Part shown: positions 48,294 to 57,787 of the stretch, piece after piece | Layout: each line of letters begins with the position of its first letter | Position numbering within the stretch: the stretch's first letter is position 1 | The notes under the pieces: generated by a model | Database searches by the model: none | What the model saw: the letters and a program-made list of their open reading frames with translations, nothing else | What the model was told of the DNA's origin: nothing | Assembly: GCA_963781885.1 (NCBI GenBank) | Contig: CAWAHW010000001.1 | Span: 1 to 64,000 of the forward strand | Direction of reading: 5' to 3' | From: an uncultured Spirochaetota bacterium | GTDB taxonomy: Bacteria; Spirochaetota; Spirochaetia; SZUA-6; Fen-1364 | DNA length: 64,000 bases | Translations under genes and position numbers: made by a program

Positions 48294-49274
48294 TCAGCCC
48301 TGCTCCACAGTGGCGCGCAGGCTCTTTTCGATGTCCGCTTCGCTGGGCAGGACCTCGTTTTCCAGCACCGCGAGGGTTCCCAGCGGTGCCCATTTCGCCC
48401 CGACGCGCGCCACAGGTGCCTTCAGGTCCCGGAAGCCCTCCTCCGCGATGACCGCGGCGACCTCCCCGCCGAAGCCGCCGCTCTTGGGCGCTTCATGGAG
48501 GATCACGACCCTGCCGGTCTTCTTCACCGATTCCAGTACGGTGGCCTTGTCCAGCGGGACGAGTGAACGCAGGTCCACGACCTCGACGGAGACGCCGTCC
48601 TTCTCCAGCGCGCGCGCAACCTTCAGGGCCCGGTGGAGCATGTACGAGTAGGTGATCAACGTGACGTCGCTGCCGCCCTTCTTCACTTCGGCCTTGCCCA
48701 ACGGGATGCTGTACTCCTCCGCAGGGACATCGCCTTTCATCGCGTAGAGCGCCTTGTGGGTGAAAAAAACGACGGGGTTCTGATCCGCGAGTGCGGCCTT
48801 CATCATGCCCTTGGCGTCGGAGGGGGTGGCGGGGGCGACAACCTTCAGCCCGGGGGTGTTGCCGAACCAGACCTCGAGGCTCTGGGAATGCTGCGGCCCC
48901 GCCTGGATGAAGCCGCCGAGCGCCGTCATGATCACGATGGGGACTTTTGCCTGTCCGCCGAACATGTAGGAGAACTTGGCCGCCTGGTTCACCACCTGGT
49001 CCATGCACATCGCCATGAAGTCGGAGAAGGGAATGTCCGCGATGGCGCGGCATCCCGTGATGGCGGCACCGATGGCGCACCCGATGATCGCCTGCTCGGA
49101 GATGGGCGCATCCCGCACCCTGTCCGCGCCGAACATGCGGAACATGTCATGGCTGAGCTGAAACTCCCCGCCGTACTTGCCGACGTCGTAGCCGATGAGA
49201 AAGAGCTTGTCGTCCTTCGTCATCTCCTCGATCATCGCCTGGTTTATTGCGTCCCGATACATCATCGTTGCCAT
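48294..49274 (-). CDS. TPP-dependent dehydrogenase E1 beta (AcoB/PdhB-like)
   Basis: DAPISEQ, DQVVNQAAK, QHSQ and DLRSLVPLD. Confidence 0.92.
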   Translation of the reverse strand: MATMMYRDAINQAMIEEMTKDDKLFLIGYDVGKYGGEFQLSHDMFRMFGADRVRDAPISEQAIIGCAIGAAITGCRAIADIPFSDFMAMCMDQVVNQAAKFSYMFGGQAKVPIVIMTALGGFIQAGPQHSQSLEVWFGNTPGLKVVAPATPSDAKGMMKAALADQNPVVFFTHKALYAMKGDVPAEEYSIPLGKAEVKKGGSDVTLITYSYMLHRALKVARALEKDGVSVEVVDLRSLVPLDKATVLESVKKTGRVVILHEAPKSGGFGGEVAAVIAEEGFRDLKAPVARVGAKWAPLGTLAVLENEVLPSEADIEKSLRATVEQG

Positions 49275-49283
49275 TCGCTTCTC

Positions 49284-50258
49284 CTACTCGGCGTAGACGT
49301 ACTGCAGCGCATCCTCGGGTCCCACCCGGGGGCTTCCGCGCGCGAACTCAACCGCGTCGTCCACGCACGTCTGGGTCTTCTCCCGCAGCTTCCTGACGTC
49401 CTCCTCCCGCAGGATCGACGCATCGATCATGCGCTTCTCGAAATTGGCCAGGGCATCCCGGCGCTGCTGCTCCTCGATCTCTTCCTTTGACCGCACGTCC
49501 TTGTCGCCCTCCCAGTGGGGATGCTGCCGGGTCGTCATGCAGTTGAGGAGCGTCGGGCCCTTGCCGCTGCGCGCCCGTTCCACGGCCGTCTTCGCCGCTT
49601 CATAGACCTCGGTCACGTCGTTGCCGTCGAGGTCGAAGCCGGGGATGCCGTAGCCAACGGCGCGGTCGCCAAGGTGCGTGAGCGCCTTGCACACGTCGGC
49701 CGTGTTCACGCCGCAGGCGACCATGTTGTTCTCACAGACGAATACGACGGGAAGGTCCCACGAGGCTGCCATGTTGATGGCTTCGTGGAATGTGCCCTGG
49801 TTGGAGGCGCCGTCGCCGAAGAAGGAAGCGACCACCTGGCGGGTCTTCCGCAGCCGGATGGAATATGCGGCGCCGACCGCGATGGGATTTCCGTCGCCCA
49901 CGATGCCATTTGCCCCCAGCACGCCGATGCTGAAATCGGCCACGTGCAGCGATCCGCTGCGGCCCTTGCAGGAGCCGGTCTTCCGGCCGAAAAGCTCGGC
50001 CATCATCTCCTTCAGGTCGCCGCCTTTGGCGATCATGTGGCCGTGACCGCGATGGGTGCTCGTGACGTAGTCGTCCTTGTTCAGGTTCAGGCACACGCCG
50101 GTGGGCACGGCTTCCTGCCCGATGGACAGGTGCGTGAAGCCTTCCTGCTCCCCTGCCCGGAAAACCTTCGACTGCGTCGATTCAAAAAGCCTTATGCGGA
50201 GCATCCCCTCGTACATCTTCAGGACGAGGTCCCGGTCGTACTCTTTCAGCGATCTCAC
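49284..50258 (-). CDS. TPP-dependent dehydrogenase E1 alpha (AcoA/PdhA-like)
   Basis: HLSIGQEA, STHRGHGH and GDGASNQG...CENN. Confidence 0.92.
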   Translation of the reverse strand: MRSLKEYDRDLVLKMYEGMLRIRLFESTQSKVFRAGEQEGFTHLSIGQEAVPTGVCLNLNKDDYVTSTHRGHGHMIAKGGDLKEMMAELFGRKTGSCKGRSGSLHVADFSIGVLGANGIVGDGNPIAVGAAYSIRLRKTRQVVASFFGDGASNQGTFHEAINMAASWDLPVVFVCENNMVACGVNTADVCKALTHLGDRAVGYGIPGFDLDGNDVTEVYEAAKTAVERARSGKGPTLLNCMTTRQHPHWEGDKDVRSKEEIEEQQRRDALANFEKRMIDASILREEDVRKLREKTQTCVDDAVEFARGSPRVGPEDALQYVYAE

Positions 50259-50283
50259 GAAATCCCCCTTCTGCGATGCCCTT

Positions 50284-51193
50284 TCAGGGCATTGCCTTCC
50301 GCCAGTACTCGACGGACGCCCTCAGGTCGTCCAGAACCTGGTCTTCGCGCGCTTCGAATGCCGAGATGATTTCAAGCTCAAGGTATGCCTGCTGGATGCC
50401 CGCCGCGGCGATGGCATCGAGGACCTTCTTCGGCTGGATGATGCCGATCTTGTTGAACTCCGCGGTGAACGGCCAGTGCCGGTCGCCTTTGCCGTCCGTC
50501 TGCTGGAGATGGATGATGGGGCAGCGCGCGCCGATCCTTCTGATCCACGCGTAGGGATCCAGGTCTTCGCCACTTGCCTCGAAATTGCAGGCGTGACCGA
50601 CGTCGACGAGGTACCGGATGGGAAGCGGCGCCCCGTCGTTTACGAAATCGTACATCCTCTCGGCGTCCGCGATCGTCGCGGGCCACTCCCGGCGTACGGG
50701 GTTTGCCTCCCAGATGAGGTAGGAGAGCCCGCTTCTGCTTCCCGATCTGCCCGATGGCATGCAGGGAATCGCGCAGACAGGAGAGGATATAGTCTCGCCG
50801 TTGCGCGTTGCCGTAGTCCTTCATGGAAAGCGCGCCAAGGGGCCCGCCCACACCGTCCGCGCCCAGGTCGCCGGCCATGACCGCGGCATTCTGGAACCAG
50901 TCCTGTGCGCTGGCGCGCATGCCCTGGTCAGGGCCCAGCAACAGGCTCATGTGATAACCGACGCCGCCGGTGAGGAGACTCTGAATGCGCACGCCCTGCT
51001 GGGCCGCGGCCTCCTTGATCCTCTGCGTCTGGATGCCGCGGACAGGCTCGATGGTGTGGGGGTCGAGCAGGTCGAGATCGAATTGCGCCACGGTGAGCCC
51101 CAGATCATGCCGGACGATCCGCAGCCATTCTTCAGGCTCGGGCCAGCGCTTCACGGCAAAATAATTGTTGATGCCCAGGACGAGCTTCGCCAT
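50284..51193 (-). CDS. Xylose-isomerase-like TIM-barrel epimerase (EryC-like), frameshift near 50730
   Basis: LGINNYFAVKRWPEP, then WE.NPVRREWP, DVGH, HLQQTDG..DRHWPF and LE in the next frame. Confidence 0.75.
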
Positions 51194-51240
51194 TTCAGGC
51201 CTCCTTTATGAGTGCGTCCCGCTCCGCGCGATACGGCCCG

Positions 51241-51579
51241 TCATGCGTACGGAGGGCTCAGGATGGCGAGGAACTCCAGGTCCACCGTGCCCGTGTTCAT
51301 CACGGAGTGGTATTCGTTGGAGTCGGCGCAGACGATCGTCCCCGGGGCGACGTCGAACGTCTGGCCGCCGACCTTGGCCTTGCCCGCGCCTTTCAGGAAG
51401 TAGTAGACCTCGATGGATTCATGCCGGTCGTCGGCAATCTCGCCCGTCGGGGCCATGCGGCAGTGATGGAAACTGATCTTGTCGGTGTCCTTGCTCGTCA
51501 GGATATCCCGGACGAAAAGGAGCTTGAAGGCTTCCGCCTTACTCTCTGCCACATCCTTCAGGAAAATCCGCTTGTTCAT
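51241..51579 (-). CDS. Cupin-domain protein
   Basis: DRHESIEVYYFLKG and EYHSVMN. Confidence 0.85.
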   Translation of the reverse strand: MNKRIFLKDVAESKAEAFKLLFVRDILTSKDTDKISFHHCRMAPTGEIADDRHESIEVYYFLKGAGKAKVGGQTFDVAPGTIVCADSNEYHSVMNTGTVDLEFLAILSPPYA

Positions 51580-51651
51580 GCGCCTCTCCTTTGCGTAGCG
51601 GCGGAGGCCGGCCTCCGCGCCCGGAACAGATCATATCCGGTCATGCGCGGC

Positions 51652-52581
51652 CTAGTGCATGCTCGCCGCGCAGGTTCCGACGGCCGGCCGATAGAAGTTG
51701 AACTGGACATTCGGGTGCGCCGCCAGAAGCGACATGGGGACGGCGGTATCAGCGATGCCCTTGGATATCATGAGCGTCGTCAGGCGCATGCCAAAGGGGT
51801 TGTCATGCACGCCGGCATGCCAGATGGAAACCTTCTCCGCCTTCCACGTCTCCCGCGGCCCGACGGTGATGGCCTTGGTAGGGATGCCCGATACCTGGCC
51901 GCCGCCGGATGTCCGCGCGTTCTGGATCACGGTCATGGGGTGAAGATTGACGACGCGCGCGGAAAGCTTGCGGTAGTCCTCGGGGCATGGAGGCTCATCG
52001 GCCCAGGCCCCTTCGCGCTGCGGGGGGTCGTTGAAGGCCCAGTGCTTCACCTCCCCCTGTCCGCCCTGCATGACGAGGCATCGAACCTGGTCGTAGGAGC
52101 GGGTGTACGCGTCCATGTTGTCGGCTTTCAGGAAGTGCAGATGGGAGTCGGGCATCCGCAGCTTCTCATCGATGCGCCGGAAGCAGAGATCGAGGTCCGC
52201 GCGCGCAAAGCTGAGCGGATGGGTGACGGGGAGCTCCCGACCGTCGACGTACCATTCGTCCATGGCCCAGAAGTGAGCGTTGCGGACGCTGATGCCAAGG
52301 TCGTTGACGATGCGGGCTACCAGTGGAAGCTGTTCGGTGGGCCCGATCGGCCCACAAATCCCCGTCGGCTGGGAGTCGGTCGCCTGTCTCCAGGCTTGCA
52401 CGTACTCCAGCGCCTCGGAAAGATAGAAAGATTCCAGCGTGTCGTAGAACTGCACGGCAAAGCCGGGGCGCTGGAGCGCCGCAAGATCTTCCGCGTTCAG
52501 CCGCGCAGCGTCGTCCAAGATTTCCCTGTCCAGCGTCGTATAATCCCACCAACCCTTGGCGACCTTGCTCTGCTCCCGCAT
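51652..52581 (-). CDS. NagB/glucosamine-6-phosphate isomerase-like protein
   Basis: [19 protein letters not shown] and [14 protein letters not shown]. Confidence 0.78.
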   Translation of the reverse strand: MREQSKVAKGWWDYTTLDREILDDAARLNAEDLAALQRPGFAVQFYDTLESFYLSEALEYVQAWRQATDSQPTGICGPIGPTEQLPLVARIVNDLGISVRNAHFWAMDEWYVDGRELPVTHPLSFARADLDLCFRRIDEKLRMPDSHLHFLKADNMDAYTRSYDQVRCLVMQGGQGEVKHWAFNDPPQREGAWADEPPCPEDYRKLSARVVNLHPMTVIQNARTSGGGQVSGIPTKAITVGPRETWKAEKVSIWHAGVHDNPFGMRLTTLMISKGIADTAVPMSLLAAHPNVQFNFYRPAVGTCAASMH

Positions 52582-52592
52582 GCGATCCTCTC

Positions 52593-52636
52593 TTTTAACG
52601 TACTGTTAGTAAATCACGTCGCCCTTGTCCTGTCAA
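52593..52636 (-). promoter_or_regulatory. Promoter/operator copy A
   Basis: Minus strand TTGACA-17 bp-TTTACT overlapping the dyad TAACAGTACGTTA. Confidence 0.7.
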
Positions 52637-52665
52637 GGCATCCTGGCCATGCCCGTCTGCGGCAG

Positions 52666-53772
52666 CTACCTCGACAGGATGGACGGCATCATCACGGTTT
52701 TTCCTTCTGCATCGAATCCCGTGAGCGGCCACGCCCCTGCCTGCGTAAGGATCTCCGATGAGCCCTTGCGCGAAAGGCAGGTATCTTCGGTGTTCACACC
52801 GGTGATCGTGACGAACCAGTTGAATGCCTGGCCCTCCGTCACGGCCGCTTCCGGGTCAAGGCTCAACGTCGAGTCATTCGGGATGTAGCCGGTGATTCCG
52901 CCCGGGAAATGCTCGTGCCATTCGTTTTCAAAACCCAGCTCCCGGTAGAGACGCTTCTGCGTCGTGAAAATGTCGGCAAAGCGCGTCCCCGGCACGGAGC
53001 GCGCAATGCACGTGGCCGCGATGGTGCTTGCCGCCGCGAATCTGCTCTCCAAATCGCGGTCGATTCTGTCGCCAAAACGCATCATGCGCGTGAGGGGGAC
53101 ATGAAGCCCGTGCTTCCGCGGGCAGACGACGAGCACCACGGTCTCCCGGATCTTTTTCTGCGACGGAACCGGATGCCGGTAGCGGGGGATGCGCTCATCG
53201 CTTCCGACAAGGACAACGGTGGAGACGAATCCCTTGAGGGCGAACGCGGAAACGAGCATGTTCTCAACTTCCGTTTCCGCCATCCCCGGGGCGATCCGGT
53301 CCGCGACGGAACGCAGGATCGACTCTGACTCGGCGGCGATAACTCTGTAACGCGCCGTTTCCGCTTCCGTGAGCGGATAGATGAGCCGGCAGAAGTCGCG
53401 GGGACGCCGCACGGCCCCGGGAAGCGCGATGTCAGAAAGGAAGCGTCCGATTCCCGTCTGGTCGCGGACGATCTGCTCCCGCGATTTTCCGTCCCACCGG
53501 GTCGTCACCAGATCGAATCCGAGCCCCGCCATCTCCTCGTCCTGGTTTCGCTCACCGTCCATGACGTACGCCACCAGAGTCTTCCTGGCGAGATCGATGA
53601 CGGCGATGGCATCGGACTCCGCGGAGGTGATGAGCACGCTGCTGCGCCCGCCGCAGGAAAGCCAGGAAAAGTTCGCCTGCGTGCCGATGACCACGGCATC
53701 CATGCCGCTCTCATCGAGATACGCGTGAATGCGCCGTTCCTTTTCCCTGAACTCATCCGTCCGAGCGCTCAT
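52666..53772 (-). CDS. M24 (pita-bread fold) peptidase-like protein
   Basis: NFSWLSCGG, DERIPRYRHP, LTR, EHFPGG.TGY and EDT. Confidence 0.78.
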   Translation of the reverse strand: MSARTDEFREKERRIHAYLDESGMDAVVIGTQANFSWLSCGGRSSVLITSAESDAIAVIDLARKTLVAYVMDGERNQDEEMAGLGFDLVTTRWDGKSREQIVRDQTGIGRFLSDIALPGAVRRPRDFCRLIYPLTEAETARYRVIAAESESILRSVADRIAPGMAETEVENMLVSAFALKGFVSTVVLVGSDERIPRYRHPVPSQKKIRETVVLVVCPRKHGLHVPLTRMMRFGDRIDRDLESRFAAASTIAATCIARSVPGTRFADIFTTQKRLYRELGFENEWHEHFPGGITGYIPNDSTLSLDPEAAVTEGQAFNWFVTITGVNTEDTCLSRKGSSEILTQAGAWPLTGFDAEGKTVMMPSILSR

Positions 53773-53855
53773 CCCTCTCTCCCATCCCGCCCGGGCGTCG
53801 TCAGCCGTCCGCGCAGGGCGGAGGTGACGACGTCTGGCTTCACGCGGTTGCCCGC

Positions 53856-54892
53856 CTATTGCTTGACCTTCTTTTCCGCTGCCGAGTAGTACTTGATGAC
53901 CTCATCAACGTTGTCCTTGGTCACAAGGACAAGACCCGAGTCGATCGAGCGCGGCATCCAGTTGTTCGTCCAAGGATCCAGGCCGCCGGCCGGATCGCGT
54001 CGTTGTGCCACATGTAGAGCAGGGAAAGCGCCATGTACTCCATGACGTCGTACTTTTCGATCGTGATGAGCTGCACTTTCCCGTTCTTGATGTTGTTGTA
54101 GAAGTCGAGACCGGCTTCATTGACCGTCACGATCAGCTTTCCTGCTTTGCCCGCCTCATCAAGCGCGGAGACGATGCCGGGGGGAGACTCGGAGTCGAGG
54201 CCGAAGATTCCCGTGAGGTCCCTGTTCGCGCTCAGGATCGCCGCGGTCTTCTGCGCGGCGGTGGCGGCGTTGGACTCATTGTCTTCCTCCGCGACCACTT
54301 GGATGCCGGTGCCCTTCAGGGTATCCTTGATGCCCTGCCGCGCCTCCTGCATGTTCTCCTGCTGGATCGGGGAAAGGATGGCGACTTTTCCCGTCGCAAG
54401 GCCGCGCGCCTTGTGCTGGGCGACCTGGAACTGCGCCATCGTCACACCGAGGTTGTACCAGTTGGTGCCGACATAGCAGAGACGTTTCGAATTCGGCAAG
54501 TCACCGTCGGTGACGACGACGGGGACCTTCATGGCGATCAGCTTGTTCACCGGCTCCTGGAGCGACTGGTCCCAGCCGCCGACCACGATGACGCCGGCGG
54601 GCTTGCGCGCGCCTTCGGTTTCCACCGTCGCGATGTACGCGGCGAGATCGTCCGTCGTCGGACCCGCCTTCCGCACGATGACATTGAAGTCACGCTGGAA
54701 TGCGTCCAGCGCCGGGTAGACCCTTTCGACGAAGAGCGGCAGGCTGGAGAAGTTCGAGATCCACACGTACTCCTGCTTCGCCCGATCGGGTCCGCCGATG
54801 ACCACCTTGTCCGCCGGCGCGGCTCCCGCCACCCCCGCGGCAAGAAGCATGGACAGGATCGCCCATACTGCGGCTCGTTTCCCATTCCTCAT
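53856..54892 (-). CDS. Sugar ABC transporter substrate-binding protein, frameshift near 53985
   Basis: Signal peptide, VPVVVTDGD, YVGTNWY; the C-terminus IDSGLVLVTKDNVD is in another frame. Confidence 0.85.
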
Positions 54893-54975
54893 TGGTTGCC
54901 TCCTTGACGTTGTCGTTCTGGACTGGACACCGCGACTTCCTTCGCGGGTAAGATCTGTGTTCCCTCCTTTCCCGT

Positions 54976-56004
54976 CTATTTCTGCTTGCGCCCGAACTGG
55001 TCGATGCCGACGGCCACGAGCAGCACGATCCCGACCACGATGCCCTGGTAGAAAACCGGCACGCGCGAGATGATCAGGGCGTTCTGGATGAGCGACACGA
55101 ACAGGACCCCCAGGAAGGCGCCGGCCACCGTGCCCACCCCGCCGGCGAGACTCGCCCCGCCGAGGATGGCTGCCGTGATGGCGCGCAATTCGATGCCGTT
55201 GCCCGCCAGCACCACGGCGTTGCTCAAGCGCGAGGCGAGCACCGTGCCCGCGATCCCCGCGAAAAACCCCATGATCCCGAAGCCGATCAGGATGAAGAAT
55301 GGCACCTTGATCCCGGAGAGCGTTGCCGCCTTGGGATTGCTGCCGACGAAATAGAACTGTCGGAAAAATCGCGTTCGCGCGAGCAGGAACCAGCTCACGA
55401 GCACGACGATCACCATCCACCAGAAGGGGGACTGCAGGCCGAGGAAAACCGTCTGGCCCAGGGGCCGGAAGCTGTCGGGGAGATTCGCGACGCCCGACGG
55501 CGAGATGATCTGCGTCACCCCCCGCAGAATGCCCGACATCGCCAGCGTCGTGATCAGGGCGTTGATGCGCAGCTTTGTGATGATCAGGCCGTTCAGGAGA
55601 CCGATCACCAGGCCGGTGCCCAGCCCGCCGAGCACGGCGACGAGCACGGGAGCGCCCGCCTGCTTCACGAGAATCCCCGCGACAATGCCTGACAGGGCGA
55701 GGGTGGACCCCGTGGACAGGTCGAAGACGCCGCAGATAAGCAGGATGAGCATGCCCGTCGTGATGATGCCCGCCTGCGCCGTGTCCAGGAGAATGGCGGC
55801 GAAATTGTCCCAGTGCGGGAACGCGTCCGGAAACACGACGATCATGACGACCGACAGGAGCACGGTCATGACGACGAGGAGAAGGACCCTGTCGTACAGG
55901 ATGCGGCGGAAAAGCGCAGAGAGCGGGGGCGCCCGCCGCGGCCCCCCCGCCGCGATGACGCCGCTCGCGTCCCCTGTCGCTTTCCCTGTCTTCGCCATGT
56001 TCAC
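54976..56004 (-). CDS. Sugar ABC transporter permease (RbsC type)
   Basis: FDLSTG, GSNPKAATLSGI and LGGASLAGGVG. Confidence 0.92.
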   Translation of the reverse strand: MNMAKTGKATGDASGVIAAGGPRRAPPLSALFRRILYDRVLLLVVMTVLLSVVMIVVFPDAFPHWDNFAAILLDTAQAGIITTGMLILLICGVFDLSTGSTLALSGIVAGILVKQAGAPVLVAVLGGLGTGLVIGLLNGLIITKLRINALITTLAMSGILRGVTQIISPSGVANLPDSFRPLGQTVFLGLQSPFWWMVIVVLVSWFLLARTRFFRQFYFVGSNPKAATLSGIKVPFFILIGFGIMGFFAGIAGTVLASRLSNAVVLAGNGIELRAITAAILGGASLAGGVGTVAGAFLGVLFVSLIQNALIISRVPVFYQGIVVGIVLLVAVGIDQFGRKQK

Positions 56005-57563
56005 ACTGTCCTCCCTGCGGGTGGTACGGCCTTTTTCGGCGTCGCCAACTGGAGAATGGTCACCTCGTCCGCGTCCTGCGCGCTCATCTCGCCGACGGTG
56101 CGCCCCTCCGCCATCACGACAATGCGATGCGCGAGCGCGAGCACCTCGGGCAGGTCAGACGAAACGACAAGAAGAGCGGTGCCGGTTTTCACCAGCCCGC
56201 GCAGGATTTCATACAATTCAGCCTTCGCGCCGACATCCACGCCGCGCGTCGGCTCGTCGACGATCAGGAGCTTCGGCTTCCGCGAAAGCCACTTGCCGAC
56301 AAGGACTTTCTGCTGGTTTCCGCCGCTCAGGTACATCACCTCGCGGTCGATGGAGGGCGTCACGATGTGGAGGGAATCCGTCACCTCCTGCGCCAGCTGC
56401 CGCACTTTCTGCGCCACGACGACGCCGTTCCGGCTCACCAGACCCATATTCGTGACCGAAATGTTCCGGGCGACGCTCATGGCGAGGAACAATCCCTGCT
56501 CCCGTCTCTCTTCGGGCACCATGCCGATGCTGGCCTTCATCGCCTGCGACGGATGACCGGGGGCGATTTCCACACCGCTCAACCGCACGCGGCCGGAAAT
56601 GCGTCTCCGCATGCCGAATATCGTTTCGCAGAGCTCGGTCCGTCCGGCGCCCACAAGCCCCGCCAGACAGACGATTTCACCGGCGCGGACCTCGAAGGAG
56701 GCATGATTCACGCCGGGAGCGACGAGGTCCTCCACCTCCAGAACCGGGAGCCCCCCGGGGCCTGGGCCCTGCACGCTGCGCGCGAAAGACAGCTCGCGGC
56801 CGACCTCCAGGCGGATCAGCTCGTCCGGCGTCGTCCCCTTGATGGAGCAGACACCCGTCACTTTGCCATCCTTGAGGACGGTCACCCGGTCTGCGACCTC
56901 GAAGACTTCGGCGAGACGGTGCGTCACGTAGACGATCGCCACGCCGCGCGTCGCGAGGCGGTGCATGTTTTTCGCAAGATTGCGCGCCTCGCTCACCGTG
57001 AGAGACGAGGTCGGCTCGTCGAGAATCAGGACGCGCACCTGCTGGGAAAGGGCTTTCGCGATCTCCACCAGCTGCCGCTGGCTGGGAGACAGGTTGACCA
57101 CGAGCGTGGCGGGGTCGATGACGACATCGAGATCCTGCAGGAGCTGCCGGGTCTGGCGGAACATCTCCTTGGTATCGATAACGCCGAATCGCCGGACAGG
57201 CTGGCGGCCGGCAAAAATGTTCTCGGCGACGCTGAGGGTCGGAAAGAGGCTGCCTTCTTGGAACACCATGGCCACCCCTGCCCTCTCGGCGGCTTTTTCA
57301 TCCTCCGGAGTGTAAGCGCGGCCATCAAGCTCCATGTGCCCGCAGTCCGGCGGATAGACGCCGGCGACGATCTGCATCAGGGTCGACTTCCCGGCACCGT
57401 TTTCGCCCACCATCGCGTGGATTTCCCCGGGCAGCACCTCGATTGTCACATTGTCGAGAGCCTTCACGCCGGGAAATGACTTGCTGATGCCCGATGCCCG
57501 CAGGCGCGGCTGCCTCTCTGGGCCGGATTCTGGCACGTTTCGCGACTGGTCCTTTCCATCCAT
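56001..57563 (-). CDS. Sugar ABC transporter ATP-binding protein (RbsA type)
   Basis: GENGAGKST, LDEPT, LSGGNQQK and DEPTRGVDVGAK. Confidence 0.94.
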   Translation of the reverse strand: MDGKDQSRNVPESGPERQPRLRASGISKSFPGVKALDNVTIEVLPGEIHAMVGENGAGKSTLMQIVAGVYPPDCGHMELDGRAYTPEDEKAAERAGVAMVFQEGSLFPTLSVAENIFAGRQPVRRFGVIDTKEMFRQTRQLLQDLDVVIDPATLVVNLSPSQRQLVEIAKALSQQVRVLILDEPTSSLTVSEARNLAKNMHRLATRGVAIVYVTHRLAEVFEVADRVTVLKDGKVTGVCSIKGTTPDELIRLEVGRELSFARSVQGPGPGGLPVLEVEDLVAPGVNHASFEVRAGEIVCLAGLVGAGRTELCETIFGMRRRISGRVRLSGVEIAPGHPSQAMKASIGMVPEERREQGLFLAMSVARNISVTNMGLVSRNGVVVAQKVRQLAQEVTDSLHIVTPSIDREVMYLSGGNQQKVLVGKWLSRKPKLLIVDEPTRGVDVGAKAELYEILRGLVKTGTALLVVSSDLPEVLALAHRIVVMAEGRTVGEMSAQDADEVTILQLATPKKAVPPAGRTV

Positions 57564-57679
57564 CAGTGCACAACTCCTTGCGGAGAAAGCGCCCGCCGTT
57601 TCAGCGCTCTTCCCCATTCCGCGCAGGCCCCAAGCGGCCAAAGCCTTGCCGTACCCTTCAAGGATCGGATACGTTTTTG

Positions 57680-57723
57680 TTTTAACGTACTGTTAGTTAA
57701 TCACAGCTCGTTGATATTGTCAA
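57680..57723 (-). promoter_or_regulatory. Promoter/operator copy B
   Basis: TTTTAACGTACTGTTAGTTAATCAC is 24/25 identical to copy A, with TTGACA at the same spacing. Confidence 0.7.
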
Positions 57724-57787
57724 GGATTATCCTCAGGGTTTTCGATTTCTGCTTGACCCGTAGCCCCCGACATGCATAGACTCGGAT

